Positions 1 through 10,407 of a stretch of 64,000 bases of DNA are shown in pieces (the stretch's first letter is position 1; the number at the start of each line of letters is the position of its first letter). The notes beneath the pieces were generated by a model that saw only the letters and a program-made list of their open reading frames with translations, was not told where the DNA came from and did not search any database. The position numbers and the translations under genes are program-made. This DNA comes from Candidatus Hydrogenedentota bacterium (GTDB taxonomy: Bacteria; Hydrogenedentota; Hydrogenedentia; Hydrogenedentales; JAEUWI01): the NCBI GenBank assembly GCA_034669905.1, contig JAXMOL010000002.1, positions 160,001-224,000 on the forward strand. Direction: 5' to 3'.

Positions 1-200
1 ACCTGCGCGAGCGTGCCACCGACTACCGCGCACTGGACGAGCAGGATATCTTCGTCTTTCCCGATGAGGCCGCCGCCAATGATGCGGTGCAACAACTCCA
101 ACAACAGGGTGGACGCATCGTCCAATTTACCCCCATTCGGGAATCCCTCGAAGACTTTTTCCTCCGCCAACAGACACCGACCAACGAGGAGGCCTCCTGA
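1..200 (+). CDS. C-terminal fragment of ABC-2 type ATP-binding protein (PilH/XapD-like)
   Basis: Frame 3 reads LRERATDYRALDEQDIFVF...PIRESLEDFFLRQQTPTNEEAS*; SLEDFF is a typical ABC-2 ATPase tail; stop overlaps next ATG (TGATG). Confidence 0.65.
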   Translation, partial: LRERATDYRALDEQDIFVFPDEAAANDAVQQLQQQGGRIVQFTPIRESLEDFFLRQQTPTNEEAS

Positions 201-961
201 TGCGTATCCTCACCATTGCCCAGAACACCTTTCGGGAGTCCATCCGCGACAAAGTCCTCTATGTCTTGCTCTTCTTCGCAGCCGTCACCATATTTGGTTC
301 CAAGGCCCTGGGCTGGATCAGCATCGGACAGGACATCAAGATCGTCAAAGATATTGCCCTGAGTGCCACGTCTGTTTTCGGCATTCTCATTGCCATCTTC
401 GTGGGCACGAGCCTCATCTACAAAGAAATCGACAAGCGTACGCTCTACACCATCCTCGCCCAGCCCATGCAGCGCTATGAGTTTATTCTCGGGAAATACC
501 TGGGGCTCATTACCTTGCTGGCCGTGGTAACCGTCACCATGACGGTGGTGTCCTCAGTCTATATCCTCCTCCTCGGCGGCACGCTCCACACGACGTTTTT
601 CCTGGCTATCCTGCTGATATACGCCAAGCTCATGCTCATCACCGCCTTCGCGGTCCTCATGTCTTCCCTGACGTCGCCTATACTTGGGGCCATCATCGTC
701 TTCTCCGTGGCGGTCTTCGGCCATGCCACCGAGGTCTTCCGCGATTTGCCCCCCCAATTTGACGGAACCTCCGCCAAGGCCCTCCTCGAAGCGGCCTACT
801 ATGTCATCCCCAATCTGAGCAACTTCGACATCGCCCGGGAAGCCGCCAATGGCATCGATGTCTCCGGCGCCTACGTCGTCTGGGTCCTGGTCTACGGCCT
901 CATGTATACCGTGACGTTGCTCATCCTGGCGGCCCTTGCCTTTCAGGAAAAGGACGTGTGA
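200..961 (+). CDS. ABC-2 transporter permease (PilI/XapB/C-like)
   Basis: IAQNTFRESIRDK N-terminus, KEIDKRTLYTILAQP...FILGKYLG motif, six hydrophobic segments, FQEKDV tail. Confidence 0.85.
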   Translation: MRILTIAQNTFRESIRDKVLYVLLFFAAVTIFGSKALGWISIGQDIKIVKDIALSATSVFGILIAIFVGTSLIYKEIDKRTLYTILAQPMQRYEFILGKYLGLITLLAVVTVTMTVVSSVYILLLGGTLHTTFFLAILLIYAKLMLITAFAVLMSSLTSPILGAIIVFSVAVFGHATEVFRDLPPQFDGTSAKALLEAAYYVIPNLSNFDIAREAANGIDVSGAYVVWVLVYGLMYTVTLLILAALAFQEKDV

Positions 962-1983
962 CCATGGCCCGCCGCATCATCGCCGCCATCTGCGCCCTGG
1001 CCGTCTTTCTCGGAGCAGTGGCTGCCCAGCGCCAGGTCAATGCCGTCCGCGCTGCTGAGCAAGGGGAAGAGATCCTCTTTCTGCCCAATCAAAAACTCCT
1101 CAATCACTTCACGGGCGGCATGAATAACGTGGTGGCCGATCTGCTCTGGCTCCGCTGCATCCAATACATTGCCACCGAGTCCAAGGGCGACCGCAATTTC
1201 ACCTGGCTCAATCAGATGCTCAACACCGTCGTCCAGCTTGACCCCTATTTCGGCGATGCCTACCGCTATGGCGGCATGTTTCTCGCCGCCCTGAAATCTG
1301 ACGATGATGCCGGCATCGCCCTTCTGGAGCAAGGGGTGGTCGCCAATCCGCGCAACTTCCAGTTGCCCTATGAACTCGCCATGATCTTCCTCCTCAACCG
1401 GAAAGACGAGCCCGGCTCCAAAGAGCGCGCCACCTATTATCTCAGTATGGCCGCCGCCATCGACGGTTGCCCCGAATTCGTCCGCGATCTCGCCACCCAA
1501 CTGCAGGGACAATATGATCTGGCCGATGTGGAGCTCGCCATGTGGAACCGTATGGTCGACAGTGACGATAAGCTCCTCCGCGAAGTCGCCCAGCGAAAAC
1601 TCATCGAGATCGACATCCGCGCCCACACCGAGCAACTCAACCAGGCCATGCTGGCTTTCAATCAGCGTGCCGGACGCTTTCCCCAGTCTATCGAAGAGTT
1701 GGCCGCGGCCGGGATCATGCCCATCCCGGTTAATGATCCCCTGGGAGGAACCTTCTTCCTCGGTGAAGACGGCGTAATGCGTAACACCACCTTGCTCGAC
1801 GAAGAAAAGAAGAACCGGCTCAAGGTGATCAACAATCTCCTGAAGAGCTACAAGAACAAAGAGGACGACTGGCCGCCGACCCTCGACGCGCTGGTGGAAA
1901 AGGGGCTCATCCCCCAGCTACCGGAACACCCCTATCCCGGGCAGGCCTGGCGGTACGATGCCAGCAACGGGACCGTCGAGTAA
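958..1983 (+). CDS. membrane-anchored TPR protein, PilG/XapA-like
   Basis: N-terminal TM; ADLLWLRCIQY, LDPYFGDAYRYGG and ALLEQG..NP motifs; coupled to ABC permease by GTGA overlap. Confidence 0.65.
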   Translation: MTMARRIIAAICALAVFLGAVAAQRQVNAVRAAEQGEEILFLPNQKLLNHFTGGMNNVVADLLWLRCIQYIATESKGDRNFTWLNQMLNTVVQLDPYFGDAYRYGGMFLAALKSDDDAGIALLEQGVVANPRNFQLPYELAMIFLLNRKDEPGSKERATYYLSMAAAIDGCPEFVRDLATQLQGQYDLADVELAMWNRMVDSDDKLLREVAQRKLIEIDIRAHTEQLNQAMLAFNQRAGRFPQSIEELAAAGIMPIPVNDPLGGTFFLGEDGVMRNTTLLDEEKKNRLKVINNLLKSYKNKEDDWPPTLDALVEKGLIPQLPEHPYPGQAWRYDASNGTVE

Positions 1984-2099
1984 CCGGTCTCCCTGCGGGG
2001 TGTTGATAAGCAACTCTGTATACCCCCTTGCGCACGTCCGTACAACCCGCCGAACACCATCGTTCAAGCCGGCGCACCAACAGGTACCCCGGTTCATTC

Positions 2100-2128
2100 T
2101 TGACGGCGGCACGACGAGCCCGTATAGT
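2100..2128 (+). promoter_or_regulatory. sigma70-type promoter upstream of pckG
   Basis: TTGACG-N17-TATAGT. Confidence 0.6.
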
Positions 2129-2186
2129 GCACAAACACCGTATGAGCGCGGGTCAATGTGTCTGCTGGAGCACCCACCACCCCAGC

Positions 2187-2203
2187 TTGGCACGTGAATT
2201 GCA
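2187..2203 (+). promoter_or_regulatory. sigma54 -24/-12 promoter upstream of pckG
   Basis: TTGGCAC-GTGAA-TTGCA, exact RpoN consensus and spacing. Confidence 0.75.
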
Positions 2204-2277
2204 CTGCTAGCCATATAACGGCAAGAGAATGAACAGTATTGATCGCAAGGTGGGCCCCCCTGGAAAGAGAGGTAGTT

Positions 2278-4128
2278 ATGGAAACGCCGTCTTATGTGAA
2301 ACATCAACGGCTCATTGCCTGGGTGCAGGAAGTTGCTGCACGCTGTAAGCCGGAGCGGGTAATCTGGTGCGATGGCTCCAAGGAAGAATACGACTCTCTC
2401 ATGGGCGAAATGACCGCCTCGGGCATGGCCATTAAGCTCAATGAAGAAAAGCGCCCCAACAGCTATCTCTTCCGCTCTGACCCCAAAGACGTGGCCCGGG
2501 TGGAGGATCGCACCTTCATCTGCAGCCGCCGCGAGCAGGATGCGGGCCCTACCAATAATTGGATGCAGCCCGAGGAAATGAAGAAAATCCTCAATGGCCT
2601 CTTCGACGGATGCATGCAAGGCCGCCCCATGTATGTCATTCCCTTTTGCATGGGTCCCCTGGGCTCCGACATAGCCCACATCGGCATCGAGATCACCGAT
2701 TCGCCCTATGTGGTCGTCAACATGCACCTCATGACCCGCGCCGGAAAGGCGGTCATTGAACAACTCGGTGAAGACGGCGAATTTGTGCCCTGCATTCATT
2801 CCGTAGGCCAACCCCTCGCGCCCGGACAGGAAGACGTGCCCTGGCCCTGCAATAATGACGAAAAGTATATCGTCCATTTCCCCGAAGAGCGGGCCATCAT
2901 GTCCTACGGCAGTGGCTACGGCGGCAACGCCCTCCTCGGCAAGAAATGCTTCGCCCTCCGCATCGCCTCCTGCATGGCCCGGGACCAGGGCTGGCTCGCC
3001 GAACACATGCTGATCCTCGGCGTGACCGAACCCAGTGGTGCCAAGACCTATGTAGCGGCCGCATTCCCCAGTGCCTGTGGCAAGACCAATTTCGCCATGC
3101 TCATTCCGCCGAAAGAACTCGACGGCTACAAAATCACCACCGTGGGCGACGATATCGCCTGGATTAAACCCGGCGACGACGGCAAACTCTACGCCATCAA
3201 CCCGGAAGCGGGCTTCTTTGGCGTAGCACCCGGCACCTCCTACGACTCCAACCCCAACGCTATGGAATCCATCAAGCGTGACTCCATCTTCACCAACGTG
3301 GCCCTCACGCCCGATGGCGATGTCTGGTGGGAAGGCATGACCGACGAAACGCCTCCCGAATTGACCGACTGGAACGGCAACCCCTGGACCGCCGACTGCG
3401 GACGGCCCTCCTCCCATCCCAATTCCCGATTTACGGCACCCCTCGCCAATTGCCCCTGTGCCGACCCGGCCTATGAAGACCCCAAGGGCGTGCCCCTGGA
3501 AGCCTTCATCTTTGGTGGCCGTCGCAGCTCAACGGTTCCCCTGGTGATGCAGGCCTACAATTGGAACTACGGCGTCTACCTCGCCGCCACCATGGGCTCC
3601 GAGACCACTGCTGCCGCAACCGGCGCGGTCGGTAACGTGCGCCGCGACCCCTTCGCCATGCTGCCCTTCATCGGATACCACATGGGCGACTACTGGAGCC
3701 ACTGGATGGACGTAGGCCGCTCCATTTCCAATCCCCCCCGCATTTTCGGGGTCAATTGGTTCCGTAAAGACAAAGACGGAAAATACGTGTGGCCTGGATT
3801 TGGCGACAACATGCGGATCCTCAAATGGATTGTGGATAAAGTCCACGGCCGCACCTACGCCGAAGAAAGTCCCCTCGGTTGGGTGCCCCGTTACGAGGAC
3901 ATCGACTGGACCGGCCTCGATTTCACCGAAGCCGAATTCGATGAGATCATGTCTGTCGACCGCGCCATCTGGGAAGCGGAGATTCTCTCCCACGAAGAGC
4001 TCTTCATCAAACTCTACGATCGCCTACCCAAAGAGTTCATGATGATTCGCCAGCTCACCCTGTCCCAACTCTGGCGTGCCCCCGAACATTGGGAACCCAC
4101 CCACGTCACCGCGCCCTACGTGAAATAA
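2278..4128 (+). CDS. pckG: phosphoenolpyruvate carboxykinase (GTP)
   Basis: [62 protein letters not shown] motifs; GAGAGG RBS before ATG 2278. Confidence 0.97.
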   Translation: METPSYVKHQRLIAWVQEVAARCKPERVIWCDGSKEEYDSLMGEMTASGMAIKLNEEKRPNSYLFRSDPKDVARVEDRTFICSRREQDAGPTNNWMQPEEMKKILNGLFDGCMQGRPMYVIPFCMGPLGSDIAHIGIEITDSPYVVVNMHLMTRAGKAVIEQLGEDGEFVPCIHSVGQPLAPGQEDVPWPCNNDEKYIVHFPEERAIMSYGSGYGGNALLGKKCFALRIASCMARDQGWLAEHMLILGVTEPSGAKTYVAAAFPSACGKTNFAMLIPPKELDGYKITTVGDDIAWIKPGDDGKLYAINPEAGFFGVAPGTSYDSNPNAMESIKRDSIFTNVALTPDGDVWWEGMTDETPPELTDWNGNPWTADCGRPSSHPNSRFTAPLANCPCADPAYEDPKGVPLEAFIFGGRRSSTVPLVMQAYNWNYGVYLAATMGSETTAAATGAVGNVRRDPFAMLPFIGYHMGDYWSHWMDVGRSISNPPRIFGVNWFRKDKDGKYVWPGFGDNMRILKWIVDKVHGRTYAEESPLGWVPRYEDIDWTGLDFTEAEFDEIMSVDRAIWEAEILSHEELFIKLYDRLPKEFMMIRQLTLSQLWRAPEHWEPTHVTAPYVK

Positions 4129-4145
4129 CAGCCCCCAACGCCCAT

Positions 4146-4177
4146 CGCCCGGCGGTCCAACCGTCGGGCGTTTTTTT
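4146..4177 (+). terminator. intrinsic terminator of pckG
   Basis: CGCCCGGCGG-TCCAA-CCGTCGGGCG followed by T7. Confidence 0.85.
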
Positions 4178-4386
4178 CGACAGGAACTCGGACACTCCCA
4201 CCACTGGCGCGTCTTCGACCTGTCCGAGACAAAGCAAACACAAGACCGCAAGGGCAGTTGGCGTATGAACACAACACGCTGTGCAAGCCAATACCAACCT
4301 TCGCCCATCAACTTTATAACGAACGTCTATTCCTACCTACTGCTTATCGTAAACAGGAACTTGCCCCCCGGCAAATGTGCTCTTAC

Positions 4387-4899
4387 TCAAGTCAGAGGGA
4401 CCGATTTCATCGCATCCCGCAAAATCGCGTCTCCCTGCATTTGCAAAAATTGGTTGTATTTCGCGCTCGATAGCTGCTTCCCCATTGCATCGACACGCAG
4501 AAGCCACAGCGCTGCTTTTTCACCTTCCCCTTGGGCACCAAGCTCCTCGGCTTTCTGAATGGCCACATTCGCAAGGGCCCGGGCGGCTTTCCCGACGCTC
4601 ATGTTTTTGTCCTTTACGGAGGAGAGCTGGGGATCGACCGCCATTTGTTTAAAGTCCCATTCGCTTAGTCCAAGGCAGTCCACAATCTCCACGTCGGTAG
4701 CGTCCGCCTCGGTGCCCTCCAGCAGGAGCGGCACGGCCAGTTCCATATTACCCCCGAAACTCAGGGTGATGGCGCGTTCGATGACGTCAACTGTCAACCC
4801 CGCCGCCTTAACGGCTTCGTCGGCACTCTTGTCCGACGCACACGATGGGATAGTCAATACGGCAATAAACAAGACCGTCCCGCGATACCATTTTTTCAT
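4387..4899 (-). CDS. hypothetical lipoprotein
   Basis: AAGGAG RBS, MKKWYRGTVLFIAVLTIPSC signal with lipobox-like Cys. Confidence 0.6.
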   Translation of the reverse strand: MKKWYRGTVLFIAVLTIPSCASDKSADEAVKAAGLTVDVIERAITLSFGGNMELAVPLLLEGTEADATDVEIVDCLGLSEWDFKQMAVDPQLSSVKDKNMSVGKAARALANVAIQKAEELGAQGEGEKAALWLLRVDAMGKQLSSAKYNQFLQMQGDAILRDAMKSVPLT

Positions 4900-4999
4900 A
4901 GTTCCATACTCCTTTGGTAAAGTGAAGTGCGCTACACTTACCCAACCCTGCGGAACCTGTCCGCCCAGCCAGGCGTGTGATGCACTGTTGTAAATCCGA

Positions 5000-6307
5000 T
5001 TACTGCAGGATGTGTATTTCGCGTTCACGACTCCTGGGGGGGGCCCCCGCCCGCCACAGCCGAAAGCCGTCGCCGATGCGCTCGTACCGATAAGGAACGC
5101 CCAAGTAGGGATCCACGGGCAACGACGCAACATGACGCGGAACCAGTTCTTCCAAATCGTCGGGGTAACTGCCTTGTGCGATCTTGTATGCCCGGAGGGA
5201 AAGCGCGATGGTACTCAAGTCTCGGCAAATGGGTATATCAAAGTAACTCTCCACCGCCCGCACGTAGGCCGGAATAAGGATGGGGGGATAGTAGTAAAGC
5301 ACAAAGTTCAAATCGATGGCTTCGTGCTCTATTTTCTGGAGGTCTGCAGCGACATTTGTGGTCGGAGAATCCTTCAAGGTAACCAAAATACGGTCTGTCA
5401 GTTCGCCCATCTTCAAGAGCTGCATCGTATATTGGAGGCGGGTCGAATGGGATTCACCGGCAGGCCAGCCGTTCCACGCTTCGCTCACCATATGCCGGGT
5501 AAAGGTCGCTGGGTCCGCGATGCGGTCGAGTGTTTCGAGGTAGGCGGGTCCGAGGTCCGGCATGCTCGACGTGGCATTGAGCACGTGCTGAAGGGCACCG
5601 AAGTTTACTTTCACGAGTCCGACACGAATCATGTGGACCGCTAAGGTGGGATGCTTTCCTAGCAGCGCGACGAACTTGTTTCCCGCTTCCAGCCACGCGG
5701 ACGCGCTCTCCATACGTCCCGCGCGGGCCTCCACGATAGCCTTGGCCGCCAGACAATGGGCGATATCACGCATATGCTCTAATTCAGCAGGCCGTTTTCC
5801 CAGCTCGCTGAAATGCATTAGCACGCCTTGCTCAAGGCCCTCTGCTTCACGGAGCACGGCAAAGGCGGGTGCGAGCGCGGCCATTTTTTCCTGAACCTTG
5901 ACGTCGAGTTCCTCCGCCGTTGGAAGAGTAGCATCATCGCGACTCCCCCGCTTGTCAAACATACTCGGACCCATCACCAGGGCCTCATAGACCGACCAAT
6001 CGCCATGCGCTTCGTTCGCCTTGTCGATGAGATGGGTTGCATAGCCGTAGATGCGACCGGCGTCACGGGCGGGCTCCACCGGCTTTGGTACGAAGTCACG
6101 AAAATCCACTGCACCAAAGCGCGCGCGAAAGACTTCTCGCTGTTGTTGCAATTGGCGCCAGAGAATCTGGTCCGCGATGTGATAGCCGACAAAGAGCACC
6201 ACGACCAGTATCACAAGCACCCGGAAAAGCCGGATTAGCACCGGAATGAAGGGAGGCCAGGACTTGGTCGCTGACTTTTCTGTTGTTGAATGCATGCTGG
6301 ACTCCAC
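5000..6307 (-). CDS. membrane-anchored hypothetical protein with C-terminal pseudopilin-like motif
   Basis: N-terminal TM; C-terminal LRAYKIAQGSYPDDLEELVP...LPVDPYLGVPYRY. Confidence 0.65.
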   Translation of the reverse strand: MESSMHSTTEKSATKSWPPFIPVLIRLFRVLVILVVVLFVGYHIADQILWRQLQQQREVFRARFGAVDFRDFVPKPVEPARDAGRIYGYATHLIDKANEAHGDWSVYEALVMGPSMFDKRGSRDDATLPTAEELDVKVQEKMAALAPAFAVLREAEGLEQGVLMHFSELGKRPAELEHMRDIAHCLAAKAIVEARAGRMESASAWLEAGNKFVALLGKHPTLAVHMIRVGLVKVNFGALQHVLNATSSMPDLGPAYLETLDRIADPATFTRHMVSEAWNGWPAGESHSTRLQYTMQLLKMGELTDRILVTLKDSPTTNVAADLQKIEHEAIDLNFVLYYYPPILIPAYVRAVESYFDIPICRDLSTIALSLRAYKIAQGSYPDDLEELVPRHVASLPVDPYLGVPYRYERIGDGFRLWRAGAPPRSREREIHILQ

Positions 6308-6362
6308 GATAATCGTTTTTCTACCTATCGTTTCATTTCGTCAAGGAACCACACCCGGCTGG

Positions 6363-6731
6363 TTAGACTTGGGGAGGCCGCCGGAAGCGGAAGGGTCGAA
6401 CGAATGCATCCATCTCTTGGGCGATGATGAAATTTGCAATCGCTTCGTTCGACCGTTCCGGCAGTAGCGTTTCTACGTTTCGGGTCACCTCAGCTTGATA
6501 CACCGCATAGTCCGTCGCGCGCAGACTGCGGCGCACTTCCTCAGAGCCTTGTTCAAACCACGTGGCCCATGCCATCACCACCACCAACACGGCCGTTGAC
6601 CACTCCAATGTGCGTCTGAGACGGTGCCATTCCGATGGCCTGTGCGCCACGGCCTTCAAGACCTGTTCGCGAAGCGCTTCCGGAGGGGGCTGGAGCGCAA
6701 GAGCCTTCAGTTTCGTTTCAATCTCGACCAT
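6363..6731 (-). CDS. putative anti-sigma factor
   Basis: Overlaps ECF sigma 3' end; PPPEALREQVL motif then a single TM. Confidence 0.6.
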   Translation of the reverse strand: MVEIETKLKALALQPPPEALREQVLKAVAHRPSEWHRLRRTLEWSTAVLVVVMAWATWFEQGSEEVRRSLRATDYAVYQAEVTRNVETLLPERSNEAIANFIIAQEMDAFVRPFRFRRPPQV

Positions 6732-7284
6732 GGGGCACCTCCTCGCTGTTCAGGGTTGCCTTTAATTTCGCAAGACCGTAGCGATATCGGCTGGCCACCG
6801 TATTGTTAGAAATACCGGTAATATGCGCGATTTCCCGAAACGTCATCTCTTCGTATATCTTCAAGACCACTACCTCCCGCTGTTCGACGGGCAAGGCTGT
6901 AAGCGCCTGAGAAACACGTTCGGCTTCCTCGTTGGCCATTAGATTACCGTCGGCCCCTCGTAGAACAGGGGGACCATCCGTTAACTCGGATGCTGATTTA
7001 TTACGCACGGCCTGTTTGCGCAGACGGCCGAGCGCCTCGTTGCGCGCAGCCCGATAGAGATAGCCCACAGGGTTGCGCAGCCCCAGCCAGGTCCGCGACT
7101 GCTCTAAGGCACGCAGGAATACCTCTTGGACCACATCCTCTGTTTCCGGGGCGCTTGCCAATAGGCTGTACACATATCCATAGACGCCCCGCGCGTGGGC
7201 GTCATAGAGCGCAGCGAGCGCCTTTCTGTCACCTGAAATACCGATAGTCTACTAACCCCTGGCCGATCTGCCTTTGGCGCTCAT
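6718..7284 (-). CDS. ECF sigma-70 factor, 5' end disrupted or with non-canonical start
   Basis: GDRKALAALYD, EDVVQEVF, YLYRAARN, LPVEQREVVVLKIYEEMTFREIA..GISNNTVASR; in-frame TAGTAG at 7249-7254. Confidence 0.8.
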
Positions 7285-7485
7285 AGCATCCACTTTTACA
7301 GGAATAACGCGCGGACGTCTCTTTTTTGTCTAAGCAACCCAAAATTTCCATTCTTGATTGCCTGAGGAATACGTGAGCCACGATGCCGCCACAAATAGTG
7401 GCTTGAATCATACAGGCGGAATACTAAGGTGGTGGATAGAAGTCACCCAATTCTAGAATTTACTCCTCACCACAGCGAGTTTTCG

Positions 7486-7565
7486 CCCCTCCTTGAAGGG
7501 GCCGAGGGTGGGTCAGGTCACGAGAAGCGTTGCAAACCCACCCCTGCCCCCTCCCAGGAGGGGAA
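7486..7565. repeat. GC-rich palindromic intergenic element (CCCCTCC..GGAGGGG type)
   Basis: CCCCTCCTTGAAGGGG-GGGTGGGT ... ACCCACCCC-CCCCTCCCAGGAGGGG nested inverted repeats. Confidence 0.5.
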
Positions 7566-7679
7566 TTGTTCGGCGGGCTGAATGAACTACAGGGGCCTAA
7601 TAAACTCCCCTTAATTGGAATCAAACCACTAGCACGCCGGAGGAGGGCGTATCCAAGCGCCTCCGCGAGTCATAGGGCA

Positions 7680-9812
7680 TCACCCCTCCCGCACCACCAC
7701 GCCCCGCTCTCCGTCGATACGTACCATTTCCCCGTTGTGTATTATCGACACAATATCCGGCACGCCAATCACGAGGGGGACGCCATACTCCCGCGCCACG
7801 ATGGCGGCGTGGGACAGGAGTCCGCCCCGCTCGATAACCAGGCCGGCCACCCGCCCCATGATGGCCGTCGCAGCGGGGTCCAGACAGGGGAGCACCAGAA
7901 TATCATCCCTTTCCACCCGCGCCAGATCGGCACCCGACTCCAGCACCACCGCACGCCCCCGGGCCGTTCCCGTAGAGGCGCCGATGCCCGTAAAGGATTG
8001 GGCGCTCCCCCCGGCGTCGGGCATCGCGACTTCATCGCCCGGGGAGAGATGGGTGGGTCGCGAAACCGCGCGGTAAATCCGGGCGTGTCGTTGTCGTTGC
8101 GCGATAACCGACGGTGATGGGGTGGCTTTTCCCGCCAATGCGTCGACCACTTCGCTCCAATTCAGCCAGAACACATCCTCCCGGTGGGCCAGCTGCTCCC
8201 GCGCACAAAGGGTGTCCCCCGCCTGTAGTGCCAGCCGCCGCTGCCGGGCCAGAATCATCTCCCACACGAATCGCTGCTCTTCCCGCATCTCCAGAAGCCG
8301 TGCCAGCCCACCCCGCGCTTCCCTACGGCCTTTGAATGCAGCCGGGCCAGGCAAGGAGGGCAGCGCAAGGCCGCACATCGCTTCACCCCACGTGGGGTCC
8401 CCATAGTCGAGGGAGGCGGACCGGTGGCCGTAGGGCGAATCCGGTCCCAACTCCCCCTGCTCCCGGGCCCGGTTCGCTTCCAGGGTAATGAGGCATACCG
8501 TATCTTGGAGTCTGCGGTGGAGGGCAGCACGCCATCCTGCCGGAAGTCGACCGGTCCATCGGCAAAATACGCCGTATCCGCCATCGGCCAGGGCAATACT
8601 CCACCGGTGAATACGTAAGAACTCCGTGGTGAGTTGATCCAGGGCCTCCCACGCTCCACACCATTCCCCCACCTCCTCTCCGGATGGGTCGGGAATGGCC
8701 GCCAGCGCCTCTTCCAGCCGCCCACAGTACCCGCGCCAGGCGCTCCGGTTAATAAGGGCGTTGCGGCGCTCCTGCCAAAGGAGCGACAACCCCGCCCAAA
8801 GAACCCCGGGCCCAGGGAAGGACCTCGGTGCCACACGCCCTTCCGGGAAAAGCTGGGCCAGATCCTTCGTCAACCACCTTGAGGGCACCCCTTCCAACAA
8901 CGCCACGTAGGCCCCGTGGGCCACATAGACCTGACCCCCATAGTCGAAGACCAGGGGGGCCGGCGGGTCCGTGTGACGTAGCGCGAGGGCTTCCACGATA
9001 CCGGCCTCCACGATACGGGGCAGCAGGGCACTCCGGGTCAGGGGTGTGATGGGTCGGGAAAAACGCTGGTCGAAGAACCAGGAAGTGGCAGCCACGGGCG
9101 GACGGAATGTGCGGTCGAGGTAGAGGCGGGTTACGGGCCGCAGTTGCAAGAGCCAGAGCCCTTCCCCGTCGACGGCCCATTCGATGTCCACCGCCCGGCC
9201 CAAGGCCTCCTCAGCGCGGAGCAGCCACGTACATAAGGCACCCAGCACGTCGTCGGTCAAGGTCGAGGGCTCCGCCACCGCCCCCTCGACGATAGCCCCC
9301 GTAACGGGATCCAGCCAGGCGCAATGGGGGGCCGCAACACCATCCACCAATTTCCCCGGTACACCAACAACCGTCTCCACATAGGCTCGGTCCGGGTGGG
9401 CATTACTGGGATGGGCGGAAAACAAAACGCCGGAAACGAGGGCATCGATACGTTGCTGGATCACCACGGCCATGTCGGAGGAATCCGCCGGGGCAGGGCC
9501 GCTCGCCCGCACCGCGTCTATCGTCGCTGCGAGCCCCTCGGGTCCGTCGCAGAAGTGGGTGGCATAGGCCCCCGCATGGGAGGCCACGGTGCCATCTTCG
9601 TTACGGGCCGAAGAACGAACCGCCACCCCCGCCCCCCCATCAAGCTGTCGGAAAATTGCCGGGAGCCGTTCCGTCGCCACGGCGGCCCCCGCCGGTAGCA
9701 CCACCCAGGGTGGCACCGGCGCACCCAGTTCGTGCAATACCCCCAGCCCCACCGCCTTCCCACCGATTTCGGCAGGGTCACTCCGTTGCTCCGGTGTCAG
9801 GAAGGGGGTCAT
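7680..9812 (-). CDS. PEP-utilising enzyme, rifampin-phosphotransferase-like architecture
   Basis: GGKA, AVRSSA..ED...SHAG, DIEWA...LLQLRPVT ATP-grasp domain; C-terminal GGLLSHAAIVAREYGVP His-swivel domain. Confidence 0.85.
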   Translation of the reverse strand: MTPFLTPEQRSDPAEIGGKAVGLGVLHELGAPVPPWVVLPAGAAVATERLPAIFRQLDGGAGVAVRSSARNEDGTVASHAGAYATHFCDGPEGLAATIDAVRASGPAPADSSDMAVVIQQRIDALVSGVLFSAHPSNAHPDRAYVETVVGVPGKLVDGVAAPHCAWLDPVTGAIVEGAVAEPSTLTDDVLGALCTWLLRAEEALGRAVDIEWAVDGEGLWLLQLRPVTRLYLDRTFRPPVAATSWFFDQRFSRPITPLTRSALLPRIVEAGIVEALALRHTDPPAPLVFDYGGQVYVAHGAYVALLEGVPSRWLTKDLAQLFPEGRVAPRSFPGPGVLWAGLSLLWQERRNALINRSAWRGYCGRLEEALAAIPDPSGEEVGEWCGAWEALDQLTTEFLRIHRWSIALADGGYGVFCRWTGRLPAGWRAALHRRLQDTVCLITLEANRAREQGELGPDSPYGHRSASLDYGDPTWGEAMCGLALPSLPGPAAFKGRREARGGLARLLEMREEQRFVWEMILARQRRLALQAGDTLCAREQLAHREDVFWLNWSEVVDALAGKATPSPSVIAQRQRHARIYRAVSRPTHLSPGDEVAMPDAGGSAQSFTGIGASTGTARGRAVVLESGADLARVERDDILVLPCLDPAATAIMGRVAGLVIERGGLLSHAAIVAREYGVPLVIGVPDIVSIIHNGEMVRIDGERGVVVREG

Positions 9813-9834
9813 GGCCGAACCTTTACTTTATATC

Positions 9835-10359
9835 CTAAAGCGCTTTCCACTTCCCAAGTATATCATAGAGCACGATGCCAAAGGCGTTCGCCACATTGAT
9901 GCTGTTCTTATACCCGTGCATCGGGATCTTCACTACGTGATCACAGCGCTTCAGGTTCCGCTCGTGGATGCCATTCACTTCATTCCCAAACACAATGGCC
10001 ACCGGCCGGGACCACTCAAAATCGTGCAGGTCCTGGGCATCATCGGTCACTTCGATGGCCACGATAGGAATTCCCTCGGCCTTCAGGGCCGCCAGACAAT
10101 CCTTTGTGCGCTCGTAATAGGTCCACGGCACATACTCAAAGGCACCCAGCGCGGTCTTCTCCAATTTCTTGTGGGGCGGATGGGCCGCCATGCCACAGAG
10201 GTGAATATGGGCCACGGCACCGGCGTCACAGGTCCGGAAAATAGAGCCCACGTTAAAGGCGCTGCGGATGTTATCCACCACCACGTGGACCGGATTCCGG
10301 GGGATAGGCTCCAGGCTATTGATATCAATCTGGGCGTAATGGGGTTCAGGTTCGGCCAT
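9835..10359 (-). CDS. SpoU/TrmH family RNA methyltransferase
   Basis: DNIRSAFNVGSIFRT, VFGNEVNG, IPMHGYKNSINVA motifs. Confidence 0.92.
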   Translation of the reverse strand: MAEPEPHYAQIDINSLEPIPRNPVHVVVDNIRSAFNVGSIFRTCDAGAVAHIHLCGMAAHPPHKKLEKTALGAFEYVPWTYYERTKDCLAALKAEGIPIVAIEVTDDAQDLHDFEWSRPVAIVFGNEVNGIHERNLKRCDHVVKIPMHGYKNSINVANAFGIVLYDILGKWKAL

Positions 10360-10407
10360 CGTATTCTCACTCACACCTTCATTCGCCGCGGCGCAATCCG
10401 GCGGCAC

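Noticed and set aside
7680..9812. Calling this gene ppsA or a rifampin resistance gene
   Set aside because: It lacks the C-terminal PEP/pyruvate-binding barrel of PpsA, and rifampin specificity cannot be read from the divergent middle domain
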